A stretch of DNA of 20,000 bases from Catajapyx aquilonaris (Eukaryota), in NCBI GenBank assembly GCA_000934665.2, contig JYFJ02002195.1, positions 50,348-70,347 of the forward strand, in the 5' to 3' direction. Below are positions 1-10,224 of the stretch, piece by piece. The stretch's first letter is position 1; each line of letters starts with the position of its first letter. Position numbers and translations under genes: made by a program. The notes beneath the pieces are model-generated. The model was not told the DNA's origin, searched no databases, and was given only the letters and a program-made list of their open reading frames with translations.

Positions 1-2477
1 CCATACAACCCTTCTAATCCTCCTCAATACATCGTCCACAATCCCAACACGTGGTGCGAATATTGATGTCACCCAATGTTTACAGATAAATTTATTAGTG
101 GTTGGTTTATTTTTACTGGGATAAATTTGCCAACATATTTTTGTTCCCGACACGTTGATCGATTCGCGACCAAAATCAGTGCCAGACTTTTTCCTGGAAG
201 CCCGCACAATGCTCTGGTCACCTCGTACACGCAGGTTGGGTACTGCTCCCCCCAAATTAACGACGTCTAATAATAATAACTGTCGGCACGAAAGAGTTCA
301 CTTCGCCTTCTCTGCAGAAAACCCCAGGAAAATCAATGGCGCGCGCAGGGCCCTGACATTTCGCCGCCAACCCTATTTTTTCCCCCCTTCCTCGGAACCC
401 CCTATACTTTTTCAACATCCATATACGTGAACCCTAGTCCCCACACACAAAAAAAAAATCGACTGACATATTTTTTTTCGCATGTATGCCAATGACACGG
501 GATCGACCTGTCTGCGTGCCCTTCGCGTTGGCCCAATTTTCCAAACAGTGTCCCAGGCACGTGTCACCGGAGATGCACGGCCCAGCACATTCTACCCAGG
601 CAATTAGGAGCATTCGGACTCTGCACTTAGCGTAATGACGCATGCCAGGTGAGTTACGGCCTTTTCCGCCACATTTCCTGTAATTGGCCCGAAGGTACAC
701 CCCGGGGATGCTCATTTTCAATATTTTCGCGGAAAAAGTCTGCACAAAATTTCATATCGGCCGACTTCGTTAGGAAAACTAAGTTTTTTTTCCCCGCTGC
801 CTTTTCACCCCGGTGGTTTCTCGCCCTGGGGGACCTCCAGCGCACAATGCAATAAAAGACGAAGAAAATTTTACTCCACACTGAAGCGGCCGACTTCCAA
901 GGAATTCGCAATCTTTCCGCTCACTTGGTCCAATTTGCTGCCACCTCCCAGGAATTTCAAATGCCCCTTTTCATACATCCTTGTCGAGTCGTTTAAAGCG
1001 CCATTCCTTTCTGGCCAGGGGCATATTTAGTTCCCATAAGAGGTTGCCGGCCTGTCTCCATATACAGCGGGACGTGTGAATCTTAACATTTGTACGACCT
1101 TGTAGTAGTAAAAGATACTGCCTTTTTAAAAACCAAGATAAAAAAGCCGGTGCGCGGAGGCTGAGAAAATGCCACTCCCAGAGGGGTCGTACACCCCAGA
1201 CGTCCTTGTCGTCCCAAGAAAAAAATACTGGTAGTGGGAAGATAATGAATGTTCCTTCCCCTTTTCTCCAATTGCTCTCGCCGCAGCATGGACACCGCAA
1301 TAATATAGGTCCCCGAAATTCCGCAGTACTTTTCCTTCCTAGATATTTATAAGGGTCCTAGGCAAATCCGGCTCCCTCTGTACTATATTCGGAATGGAGA
1401 AAAAGTGGGTGGCGACCATCTGGCTGTCAGAAACGTGGACAAATGGTCTCTCCGGATCGATTTCGGAGGTGCAGCCTTTTTGCGAAACCCAGTCTCCAGG
1501 AGTGACATTCATTCGGCGAAATTTGCAAAATGAAAATGTCCGGCTTAGTTTAATTGGCTCCCGGAATTACCCGGACTGTCCTTTGTTATGTAGCAAAAAC
1601 ACACGGCTACCTCCACCAATCCCCCCTCTGAACTCCTTAAACTACAACGTATATTATCGATCCTGGCCAAAGCGCCCACATAGAGCCACCCACACCGCCC
1701 CCTACCGCACAGATGCAGCTCCTCGACGGAAAAACCCTTCCAAAAGGAATTGCCAATTCCAATTTCAAGAAAAAACCCCGATATACTGTTGGGACCCCCA
1801 CAAAAAAAACTCACCTCAGAATCATCTTCGGGCAATAGCCAGAACTGACAACAATGCAGTGGGGTGTACGCAGGGCACCTGGGCTTTTACTGGCACGAGC
1901 CGATCAGGATGGGGTTGAAATTCCCCAAACGGCGCAAAATCAAGGGAGGTACGACGCAGCATCCACGGCCTGGCATATACATTCAGGGGGTGGTCGGACC
2001 CTCCTCCGCCGAAAGGGGGGGTCATCCACCGGGTTCATGAGCCTCTCAACTGCGTCGCATCGCCAAATGACGACGTTGATGTTATCGCCCCACAGTTCAT
2101 ACCCATAGATACATATATAACCTGTCTTGACTCAAAACAACGTCATGCACAGCCGCCCATGCTCAGCTTCCACTCAACAAATAAGCGTGTGCCTAATAAA
2201 AGCCTGTGTGTGTGTGTTACTAATGTGTGTATAAGTCGGGAAAATGGCAGTGCCAGCAACAAATTAAAAGAAAAGCTCTTGTTTGCACGGATGTGGTGGA
2301 AACCTAAACAAAATGTGCAACGCAGCTTCATATAAGATAGTAAGGTGTGGCTGCTTGCTTTGCAGCAGCTTACCCAAGAAGTGCGGTTTCTTCCATGGAC
2401 GTGGAGGTGGGCATGGTGTTCCTATAAAGAAACGTGCACGGGTCAGCTCCATGACCCCATCTGGGTCCAGGGCATAC

Positions 2478-2701
2478 CTCAATTAAACCAGACCTGTCTG
2501 CTAATTTTTCCATTGCCTCCCCAGAATTAACCGACTGGCATAACTTAAGCTCTCCTGTGGCTTTTGCCACTCCACGTACACAATCCCAGAATCTCAGCGA
2601 ATCAGCAATGCTGATTATGGGCTTTTCTTCCAGGCCATCAAGCGTGACGGCAAGAGCTAGTTTCCGCTCCGTGGCAAGTTCTCAATCCCCACCGAAGTGT
2701 C
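2478..2701 (-). CDS. Gene C candidate internal exon (ELATERKLALAVTLDGLEEKPIISIADSLRFWDCVRGVAK...SGLIE), frame disrupted near its 5' end
   Basis: Acceptor cttactcag, donor GAG|GTATGC, 68 open codons at 2681-2478, preceded by an in-frame TGA at 2684-2682 next to a G run. Confidence 0.3.
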
Positions 2702-2907
2702 CTGAGTAAGACAAACCGCACGTTATTTGCACCCACTGCAGGAAATGTGCAGTCTCACAGTGTCACTGACGATGAGTCACCAATCATCTGCTACCTGGAA
2801 ACAGTTATCTTATCCTCATTTATTACTTCCCCTTTATCGGGGGACTAGGCTGAGTAAATGTCACTGGCAACTCCATCCACTTCCTTTCTGGCCTTGATCA
2901 AATATAC

Positions 2908-3054
2908 CTCCCCGCTAGTATCTGGCAACTGATGTCTAATGTCAACATTACGCTCCAGCCTGGCTTGGCTCAACGACCCAACTTGAGATCCATCGGCCAC
3001 ATGTAAAACTGTATGCCAAATTCCTCCTGCTTTACAGCTCTGTGCTACAATAAC
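2908..3054 (-). CDS. Gene C candidate internal exon (VIVAQSCKAGGIWHTVLHVADGS...DTSGE)
   Basis: T-rich tract with ctgcag acceptor, 49 open codons, donor GAG|GTATAT. Confidence 0.3.
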
Positions 3055-3493
3055 CTGCAGTACCAAATAGGCCAATAAAACAAACAGAGTACATAAAAAG
3101 CAGGAAAATCAACCTGCAGATATGTCACCCAGATAATAGGCTCCTTATTACATGTCAGTCTCCTTCACGCCTCCACCATTTCAGAATGAAACCGCAGCAA
3201 GTGCCACCATTAGGAAACAAACTGCAAGCAGGTCTTAGAAAGCAGGCAAACAGGTAGGTTATGACCCAGGTCACACCGTAATTTCTTTTCGGTTGCAAAT
3301 AACGAACAATCCACACAAACCCAGAGGCCGGGGAAATGTAGCGAAAATTTGCAGCCCTCCACTTTTTGTGCATGTTCAGGTTTGGGGATGTGCGAGACGC
3401 AAGCAAAATGAAAACAAGAGCACAGGGACCTTTGTTTCTTTTCCACCACCAGAAAGTTAGAGCATTCCCCTCCATCTTTTCCTCCGGATTTAC

Positions 3494-3720
3494 CTGGGGC
3501 TCAAAAGCCCAGTCACGACTAAGGCTGTGTCCTCTGCATCTTCTGCGGGCAAAGACAATGCCGTGGAGCCGTCCCTTCCCTGGCTCCCGGCCATCTGAAA
3601 CACCTTCTTAACCGTTTCCATCACGTTGCTGCCCAGCCGGCTCTCTGCCACGTTTGTGGTGGTGCTGCGGTACACGTCACCTCCGCCCGGGAGGGCCATG
3701 TACGACCCCGAGGAGGCCAT
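3494..3720 (-). CDS. Gene C (unidentified) probable first coding exon: MASSGSYMALPGGGDVYRST...TALVVTGLLSP
   Basis: gaaATGG start context, GC-rich codon-like composition, donor AG|GTAAAT, upstream acceptors at 3757-3758 and 3784-3785, downstream of the 4500 promoter. Product not recognised. Confidence 0.45.
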
Positions 3721-4303
3721 TTCTGGGGGGCCCTCGCCCTCTCACTCCCACTTTACCTATACAGGCAAGAGCCAACCCAGAGGCTACAGAAAATCTGTTG
3801 TTGTGGGGAAAGGGAAGGGGGCATCAACTTAAAAAAATATGTTGAGGGGTGTAAACAAGCAAATAAGCTCTGACCACGTCCTCACAGTCTTTCTCAATAC
3901 CTATCTACTACTTGCTGAAACAAAGACAATGTTACGCTACCTTACCGCGGTGCAATACAGTGAAGTGATTACTGCGCTATGCAACTACAGCGCACAAATT
4001 TTCCTCACTCACAGGATTACCCTAAAACAACCAATTGGTTCAAGATTAATGAATATTTCATGTCGCCCCCTCCCCCTACCTCCCTCCAATCCGCGCCCCC
4101 CTCCCCCCTCCCCCCTCCAATTCAATTCCTGTCGAACGAATCTTTGCGTCATTGATACTTACTCCTTTTTCTTGTGCAAGCTGTGCAGCCGCCCTCTTTT
4201 CTCCTGCGAAATGTCGCCCCTGCTAGGCCTAGCTGATTCGGGGGAAGGTCAAGAGTGCGGGGGCAGGGCAGGGCAGGGAGGGAAACGCACGTGCGAGGCC
4301 TGC

Positions 4304-4321
4304 CTTCTTCTTCTTCTTCTT
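4304..4321. repeat. (CTT)6 microsatellite
   Basis: cttcttcttcttcttctt in the putative 5' exon of gene C. Confidence 0.8.
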
Positions 4322-4500
4322 CCCTCCTCCTTGATGCTGCTTCTCCTGGGGGTGCGGGGCCTGGTCTTCCCGCCGGCTGGGGGCTTGGAAGGGTGCCTTT
4401 GGTGGGGGGGCGGAGTGAGGGCTGAATTGGGGGCAAGAAGCACACGGTATAAGCTGCAGTGACGATGGAACGCAACTTGTTCCGAACAATCTCTCCGATC

Positions 4501-4620
4501 GACTGAATGGTTCTGCGCGCGCCGACAGAGGGAAGCACCGTGCGGGGGAGGGGGCGGAGTGGGAGGGCCATGACGTCATAGAAGAGGTGACGTCACTGGC
4601 AATACGAACTGGCGGGAAAA
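4501..4620 (-). promoter_or_regulatory. TATA-less CpG-rich promoter for a leftward gene
   Basis: Initiator TCAGTC on the minus strand (4506-4501), GC box GGGGCGGAGT (4551-4560), two perfect CRE/ATF palindromes TGACGTCA (4571-4578, 4588-4595) and E2F-type GGCGGGAAAA (4611-4620). A GTAAGT donor lies downstream at ~4162. Confidence 0.65.
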
Positions 4621-5253
4621 GTGGAACAGGATTGTGCAGTAGTCGGGATGCAGCCTGTTTAATTATCGTGTGATGAAATGTACGCCATGTGATTGTGGAA
4701 AATAGGTGCAGGATATTTCAATAGTGTCTGGCAGTGTGGCGCAACCTCCAACTATGCACGAAATGTCAGGGAACGTTCGGAAATTCGGCCAGTGTTCAAT
4801 GTATTTGATATGTCCATCAGCATTTTTTTAAAAAAGTTTAAAAGTTAATTAATTGTATTAGCCTACTATGAGCATGAGTACTAGGTAACAATATTTACTT
4901 TAAAAATTCTAATCAATGCATGGGTAAATGTTTTTTTTAACGATCAGTTCTTGAATAGACCTATCCATAAAATGATTGCACATGAGGGTTTAATTCAGTC
5001 AGATGGCAATGACAAAACGCGGAAAATCAATCCTGATAGGCCAGTACTTACCAGAAAGGATTCAGAGGATTTTCCATGTTCCTCTCTGACATTTCAGGAG
5101 CATTCCTAAGAATAGACAACGGCTTCTTCATGACTAATCATGAGTCATTTTCTGGACTTCCAAGTTCCAACCCCTCCCTCCCTGGCTAATCCATCCTCTT
5201 GCAGTGGTTGGGATAGTTGTTTGTGTGTTCAACCCAATATTAAAATGTAATAA

Positions 5254-5259
5254 TTTATT
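5254..5259 (-). terminator. Candidate polyadenylation signal (AATAAA) for gene A
   Basis: TTTATT on the + strand in an AT-rich block ~1.3 kb past the gene A stop; not verifiable without transcripts. Confidence 0.3.
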
Positions 5260-6553
5260 CGGAATGTCTACAATAATAAATAACAGGCAAGACCTTAAAT
5301 AAGATAACCGAACATGACAAAAATTATTGAATCACAATAAAATTTGAAATGTGGTCATATTATTTTAAACAACCGAATGCAAATGCCTCTCTGAAAAACA
5401 TTTGGCGTCCCATTAATTATTTCTCGTGTTCGTAATTGCTGAGTGCAAATCATCTGTCTTCTTTTTAAAAAACTGTGTTGATGCATGTACCTTTCTTATC
5501 ATACCTCGTCATACCTCATGGATGGGTCACTGTAAATTGTACAAGGTTGTAACGGTGACGGAAAGTGGTTCGTGAGAATGAGAAATATAAACTCATCATC
5601 AGTATAGTAGGAGCAGCAGGTTATGTGAGAGTTTCTCACCATGAAACGGTGTACGAGTAGTAGCCTCATCATCGCATCTTTGTCGAGTATAGGTCTATGT
5701 GATTCACGTGCTGAAAGTGGCAGCATTTGTAGCGAACTGTAAAGCATGCATAGTGATCAGTGCTGGAAAAAATCTGAAAAGGCTGAGGACATTCCTTCTG
5801 GAATTTAGTTATCCTTTGCGTCTTTCACCTCTCTCACCTTCTGTCTGATTACTTTGATATGGAACTAAAACTTAAGGTTAAGGTGGAAATATGGTCAGCG
5901 ACTTTATATAACATCTTTAGATAAATATATTATACGGTAGTGTATAGTTTCGATAAAGGCCTGCTTTGGGGGATTAGCCTATACATAACAGAATAAATCT
6001 TACACATAATGCCAACATGATATGATTTTTTATGATCAGTCTTATACACTTGGGTGAGCTTTATAAAAATGTAGCAACGTAGGTATTGGTACTACAATAG
6101 CTTTATACATGGTGATTCAAAATGCATGCCTACTTCTATGGATTTATGTTGGCACTAAGCTGCTTAATTTAGCAGTAGGTTATCTTTGAATAAATACTTT
6201 AATGGTTATACAAATATTAGCAGAAAATATTAGCGGGTCAGGGGGTGAACAAAGTGGGTTCTTCATTGGCGTGAGATGTTGTTCAAATGGGCCATTCCTA
6301 TAATCGGACATATTGAAACGTATGTTCGTGCGGCCTCATAGTAGCAGCTAATACTTTTGATAACCAGTGCAAGTAACTGCAAAGTTAACTGTTATAAATA
6401 AGCAGATTAGTGTCAACAAACAGCCAGAGCATGTTCGGGCACGTGTCTGGGATCACAATGTATAGGCTACATCACAAACGTAAAACTGTTTTTTTGCTGA
6501 TCTGCATAAATAGTGTATTATTCGGTATTATTATATATAGCCTACTATGCACC

Positions 6554-7024
6554 TCAGGTTTCCGTATAGTCCTCATTATGGCTGCCTCCTGGCTCCCTCG
6601 AAACGCCACTATTCCTGTCATCCAGTTTGGAAAGGTTTATAGTGCTAAGGTGCGTGACAAAAATCCTTCTGGGAGCCGTGGATGAAGCGGATGACCCGTG
6701 TCCCAAAGTCCCAAAGCCACCGAATCCATCCTCCGCCCCATCCCCATGTCTGGCCAGAGAGTGCAAATCCTTCCATCGTAACCAGTGATGGTGCTCAAAT
6801 GGATCGGGTGGTCCCCAAGATATGCTTGGCCTCACTGCATGCCCCATCCTCTGCAGACAACCGTAGTCCACCTGCAGGAATAGTTGTCGAACGCCTGTCA
6901 ACACCACCACAAGAATCGCCAATATGAAGAGGGTCAGGAAGAGCCAGAGGACCCACTCTGGTCTGTGGGATAGGACTTCATCCCAGTTGAGAAATAAATG
7001 GACGAGGCGCCAGATGCTCAGGCC
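6554..7024 (-). CDS. Gene A coding exon 12 (TM12 and C-terminal tail)
   Basis: ttctcag|GLSIWRLVHLFLNW...PEWVLWLFLTLFILAILVVVL...VRPSISWGPPDP...EDYTET-stop. Confidence 0.87.
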   Translation of the reverse strand, partial: GLSIWRLVHLFLNWDEVLSHRPEWVLWLFLTLFILAILVVVLTGVRQLFLQVDYGCLQRMGHAVRPSISWGPPDPFEHHHWLRWKDLHSLARHGDGAEDGFGGFGTLGHGSSASSTAPRRIFVTHLSTINLSKLDDRNSGVSREPGGSHNEDYTET

Positions 7025-10000
7025 CTGAGAACACGAGGAATGTTATTAGGTCATTTTATTCTACAGCAATTGGACGCAATAGGAGGAGTTCTTACTCACC
7101 AAAAGAACTGCTGGACACCACATAGACCAGACCCATCTCATGATCCAGGATATTCCATGACCGGTCATAAATTCGATGTCCTTTTGTATGTTTCTGAATC
7201 CTGCAAGTGTTCAAATTGTGGGACATGCAGTACCGGTATTAACCTCGTATTTAAAAACAATTCTTGCACTTACCGTAAATCCACAAAACACCAATCAGTA
7301 GCAGAATAAGAGATGTAATGGAGGAAGCTACAGTTACTCTGTCTATGACGTATATAATCTGCAAGCCTCTCTGAAATTAAAACCATCACCATCATCATTA
7401 TTATTATTAAAAGCGGTTTTGTAAACCACTTACAGTCCAAAAACAGGCTATGCCAAGGACGAATGCCAAGAAAACAAACATTCCTTGCAGAAATATTTTC
7501 TTCATCTTAGGATTCTCTTTACAGCCTAACTCTTCAACTATAGTCCGCAGAATACACCAGACAATTACACACTGACAAGGAGAAAACAGGTATATTAGTA
7601 ATAGTCACTTCTCTAGTGCAAAATCTATATGGCATTGATCTGCTCACCATACTGATAAATCCGGAAATAAATATTGATAAAAACGCGATTGATGCCCAGA
7701 CTGCGTCGGGACTTCCGGCTTCAGGTGCAGTGGAATCGTAAATTACTACAAATTCACTCAACTCTTGGAAATGAAAGTAAGGAGATACAATATTTGCCCG
7801 TCCCAGCATTTGATATCCGACTATTGCAGAGAGCAAACCAAAAGCAAGATTGACGAAGAAAATGATCAGTGTAGTTCTAAAAGTAAAAAAAAAGTAATTA
7901 TTAAATATACCAAAAAAAGTCCCAAGTATTATATTTAAAAAATATTCTACCTACCTAACTATGTTGTTTCGAAAAGAAAAGCGTCCAGCCAAAGTCAGAT
8001 TAGTACCAAATCCAAACTGGTATGAAACAATTAGTTGCAACAAAGCAGACGACCAAGTCTGTAATACAGGGTAATTTTGTTATCTTATTGGCTTAAGAAT
8101 TTTTAGTACGCATCAGTAGTGTGTACAGTACAGTACCTTTGAATGATAAAGAAGGTCCCACTGCCACAAATTCTGAAACTTCATATTGCTAAAGCTAGGA
8201 TCCAGAAAAGCAAAGTGGCCAAAAAGTGCCAACTGCAGAGCCAGCACTAATCCTAACGATACTAGAGCAGCACAACACAACGACCTTATTCCCTTGACTA
8301 GTCTGCAAAAAGAGGCACGTAATTATGACAACTTCCACGAGGCATTATTAAAAATGTATACACTTACGCAAGACAAACGAAGAGCCAAGAGAGTATATGG
8401 CATATTATAAGCCGCCAGCTCAAACCGTAATTAGAGCTGGAGTTTTCAGCCACAACACACCTGTAATATACATTGTACTGTAACATGTAAACGGCCCACT
8501 GGCAGTAACCACAGTATGATGCTTGGAAAGTTACAACTACTTACACGAAGCACATTTCACTACTGCTGTACTCCGCTGTTTCATTCAGCCCACAGGTATC
8601 GTACACTGCATCCTGGCATTTAGTCATGGGGTATGGTCCCCGTACGGCGTCCACCAGGTACCTGAAGGCCATGGCCATGTAGGCAGGGTAGGAGACCAGC
8701 AGCAGGAATGAAGCCACCGTCTGAATCACTCCTACGCCTTTGAAGAGAGGCAGCACCGACCACATCTTGGAGGCGCAGCTCCTGGAGAACTGTCCCAGGG
8801 ACAACTCCAGAAGCAGCAGGGGCAGCCCCACCAGGAAGGCCAGCACCAGGTAGGCAACCAGAAAGACTCCTCCGCCTTGGGAGAAGGCCACTGACGGCAG
8901 CCTGGCCACGTTGGCCACTCCTCCGGCCAGGCAGAAGAGCAGTGCTTTTGGCCATATCCCGTGGAGTCCGTTTCTGATGGGGTGAGGTGACTGCAGGAGG
9001 GCTTTGATCCAAGGCTGTCGGTCGAAAGTTGACGACAACTGCAAGGTTTGGCTTACTTAAACAACGTTCCTGAATTCTGCCTAAGTTGTCTAATCGAATT
9101 TTCAAAGCATGGCTCTCTACTCCATAAATGTCAAAGCAATGATTGTGGGCGAATGACGCAAGATTATGCCATCGCATCTTCTGAGAGAATAAGATATGGA
9201 GATAATTTGTCTCAAAGAAGCAAGCCTGATTACTACTGACGTCAGTGGGCGTGGATGCGTCAGTGTTTTCCACCAGTTGAAGAGTTGACGCCGTCGAGTA
9301 GCTGGTTGCAAATGGATCAGAGATGATTGATGGTGCTTTGGTTTCGTCAGGAGGCGCCAGGAATACTTCTCGATTGCCCTTCATCGTGTAGAGTCGATCC
9401 ACATTTCTCGGATGAGGCAAAGGCGCTCGAGATTTCCGCCTAAATTTTGATCAAACGTGATAACAATTTGTACCAATCCAGCAGCAGCGAGCAAATAAAT
9501 AAATAAATAAAACACGAGCCCTATTTTTAAAATGACATGTTTGCTTCCCTTAAAATATTAATTTGACAACCTTTGATTCCAAAATGTGGGCATGGGGACA
9601 TCCTCGTGGTTATTCCTCAGGTCTTTCTTTTTCTCGATGGAGTCGAGTCGAAGAATTCCGTTGTCATCATTGCTCTCATTAGGTGTCAGCGAAATGTTTA
9701 CAAAGTCGTCTGTGATGGTTGAGCGGAAGGAAATGCTGCGGACCACCTGACAAGTGCGTGAAGAATATAAGACTTAAAATTCAAATCCTGTCCAATCATA
9801 TAGTACAGTGCTGGAAAAAAAACTGCCTTGTACACTCAATGAGGATTTAGGAGCAGGTGACTAATAAAATTTATTATCTTCTTCAGATCTTTGACCTCTT
9901 TCCGCGTCACAGTTATGGCTCCTTGTATAGATATGAAAGTTAAGCCCATGAAAAATGAGTAAAAAATCATACTGTCCTAATTATTCCAACTAATATCACT

Positions 10001-10224
10001 GAAAACAATGACAACAAGTATGACGTCATTTGTAACTCCGATTTTAAAAGATACAATGACGTAATTTTTGTCGTACACTATACGGACATTTGTGCGTAGT
10101 ACATGACACTTTTCCGCCAAAACAAATCACTGTTTATATAGCAACAATAGCGTGTCCGATATGATATACTTACCCCCAAGTCCTCGTTGAGGGTGGAAAA
10201 ATCACCTCCTTTTTTCCACCTCAT
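6554..10224 (-). CDS. Gene A: divergent (orphan-type) SLC6 family transporter; 12 coding exons, 772 aa
   Basis: Hand-spliced exons: 10224-10174, 9746-9571, 9439-9241, 9038-8545, 8460-8368, 8302-8137, 8058-7955, 7876-7648, 7571-7434, 7370-7274, 7200-7100, 7024-6554. All introns are GT-AG with consistent phases, giving 2319 nt with no internal stop. SLC6 motifs: GVANVARLP, GGGVFLVAY, GLPLLLLELSLGQF, PLFKGVG, VKGIRS, WIYGFRNIQKDIEFMTG, WGPPDP. Confidence 0.9.
7100..7200 (-). CDS. Gene A coding exon 11 (TM11)
   Basis: FRNIQKDIEFMTGHGISWIMRWVWSMWCPAVLL|GTGAGT. Confidence 0.9.
7274..7370 (-). CDS. Gene A coding exon 10 (TM10)
   Basis: RGLQIIYVIDRVTVASSITSLILLLIGVLWIY(G)|GTAAGT. Confidence 0.87.
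7434..7571 (-). CDS. Gene A coding exon 9 (TM9)
   Basis: CVIVWCILRTIVEELG...FVFLAFVLGIACFWT|GTAAGT. Confidence 0.87.
7648..7876 (-). CDS. Gene A coding exon 8 (TM7-TM8)
   Basis: TTLIIFFVNLAFGLLSAIVGYQMLG...VWASIAFLSIFISGFISM|GTGAGC. Confidence 0.87.
7955..8058 (-). CDS. Gene A coding exon 7 (TM6)
   Basis: TWSSALLQLIVSYQFGFGTNLTLAGRFSFRNNIVR; donor GTAGGT. Confidence 0.87.
8137..8302 (-). CDS. Gene A coding exon 6 (TM5)
   Basis: LVKGIRSLCCAALVSLGLVLALQLALFGHF...WQWDLLYHSK. Confidence 0.87.
8368..8460 (-). CDS. Gene A coding exon 5 (TM4)
   Basis: CVVAENSSSNYGLSWRLIICHILSWLFVCLA; flanked by ttacag and GTAAGT. Confidence 0.87.
8545..9038 (-). CDS. Gene A coding exon 4 (TM1-TM3, EL2)
   Basis: ccttgcag|LSSTFDRQPWIKALL...GGVANVARLP...GLPLLLLELSLGQFS...MCF|GTAAGT. 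Confidence 0.92.
9241..9439 (-). CDS. Gene A coding exon 3 (N-terminal tail)
   Basis: tttag|RKSRAPLPHPRNVDRLY...STPTD|GTCAGT. Confidence 0.7.
9493..9511. repeat. (AAAT)4 microsatellite in an intron of gene A
   Basis: aaataaataaataaataaa. Confidence 0.75.
9571..9746 (-). CDS. Gene A coding exon 2 (N-terminal tail)
   Basis: cttgtcag|VVRSISFRSTITDDFVNISL...PTFWNQ; weak donor GTTGTC, but phase 2 matches the next exon. Confidence 0.7.
10174..10224 (-). CDS. Gene A probable first coding exon (MRWKKGGDFSTLNEDLG)
   Basis: ATG with an in-frame TAA upstream at 10249-10251; consensus donor GTAAGT; phase 0 matches exon 9746-9571. Confidence 0.6.

Noticed and set aside
1394..1918. 174-aa plus-strand ORF
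   Set aside because: No recognisable motif; antisense to the exon-like fragments; homopolymer-rich region
3839..4462. 207-aa plus-strand ORF and overlapping Pro/Arg/Glu-rich minus-strand ORFs
   Set aside because: Low-complexity GC-rich sequence with C runs and a CTT repeat; no recognisable domain; lies in the suspected error-rich region
6920..7024. Possible frameshift in the last exon of gene A
   Set aside because: Base-by-base reading shows one continuous frame (GLSIWRLVHLFLNWDEVLSHRPEW...)
8620..9420. 266-aa ORF, and similarly ORFs 17831-18634, 17994-18599, 14777-15211 and 16757-17281, as stand-alone genes
   Set aside because: They are single exons of genes A and B read through into introns or into the wrong frame of neighbouring exons; spliced models explain them
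5758..9820. CAGTGCTGGAAAAAA at 5758 and 9806, resembling a Tc1/mariner TIR start (TA|CAGTG at 9804)
   Set aside because: Both copies are in direct orientation, no matching inverted end was found, and half the match is a poly-A run
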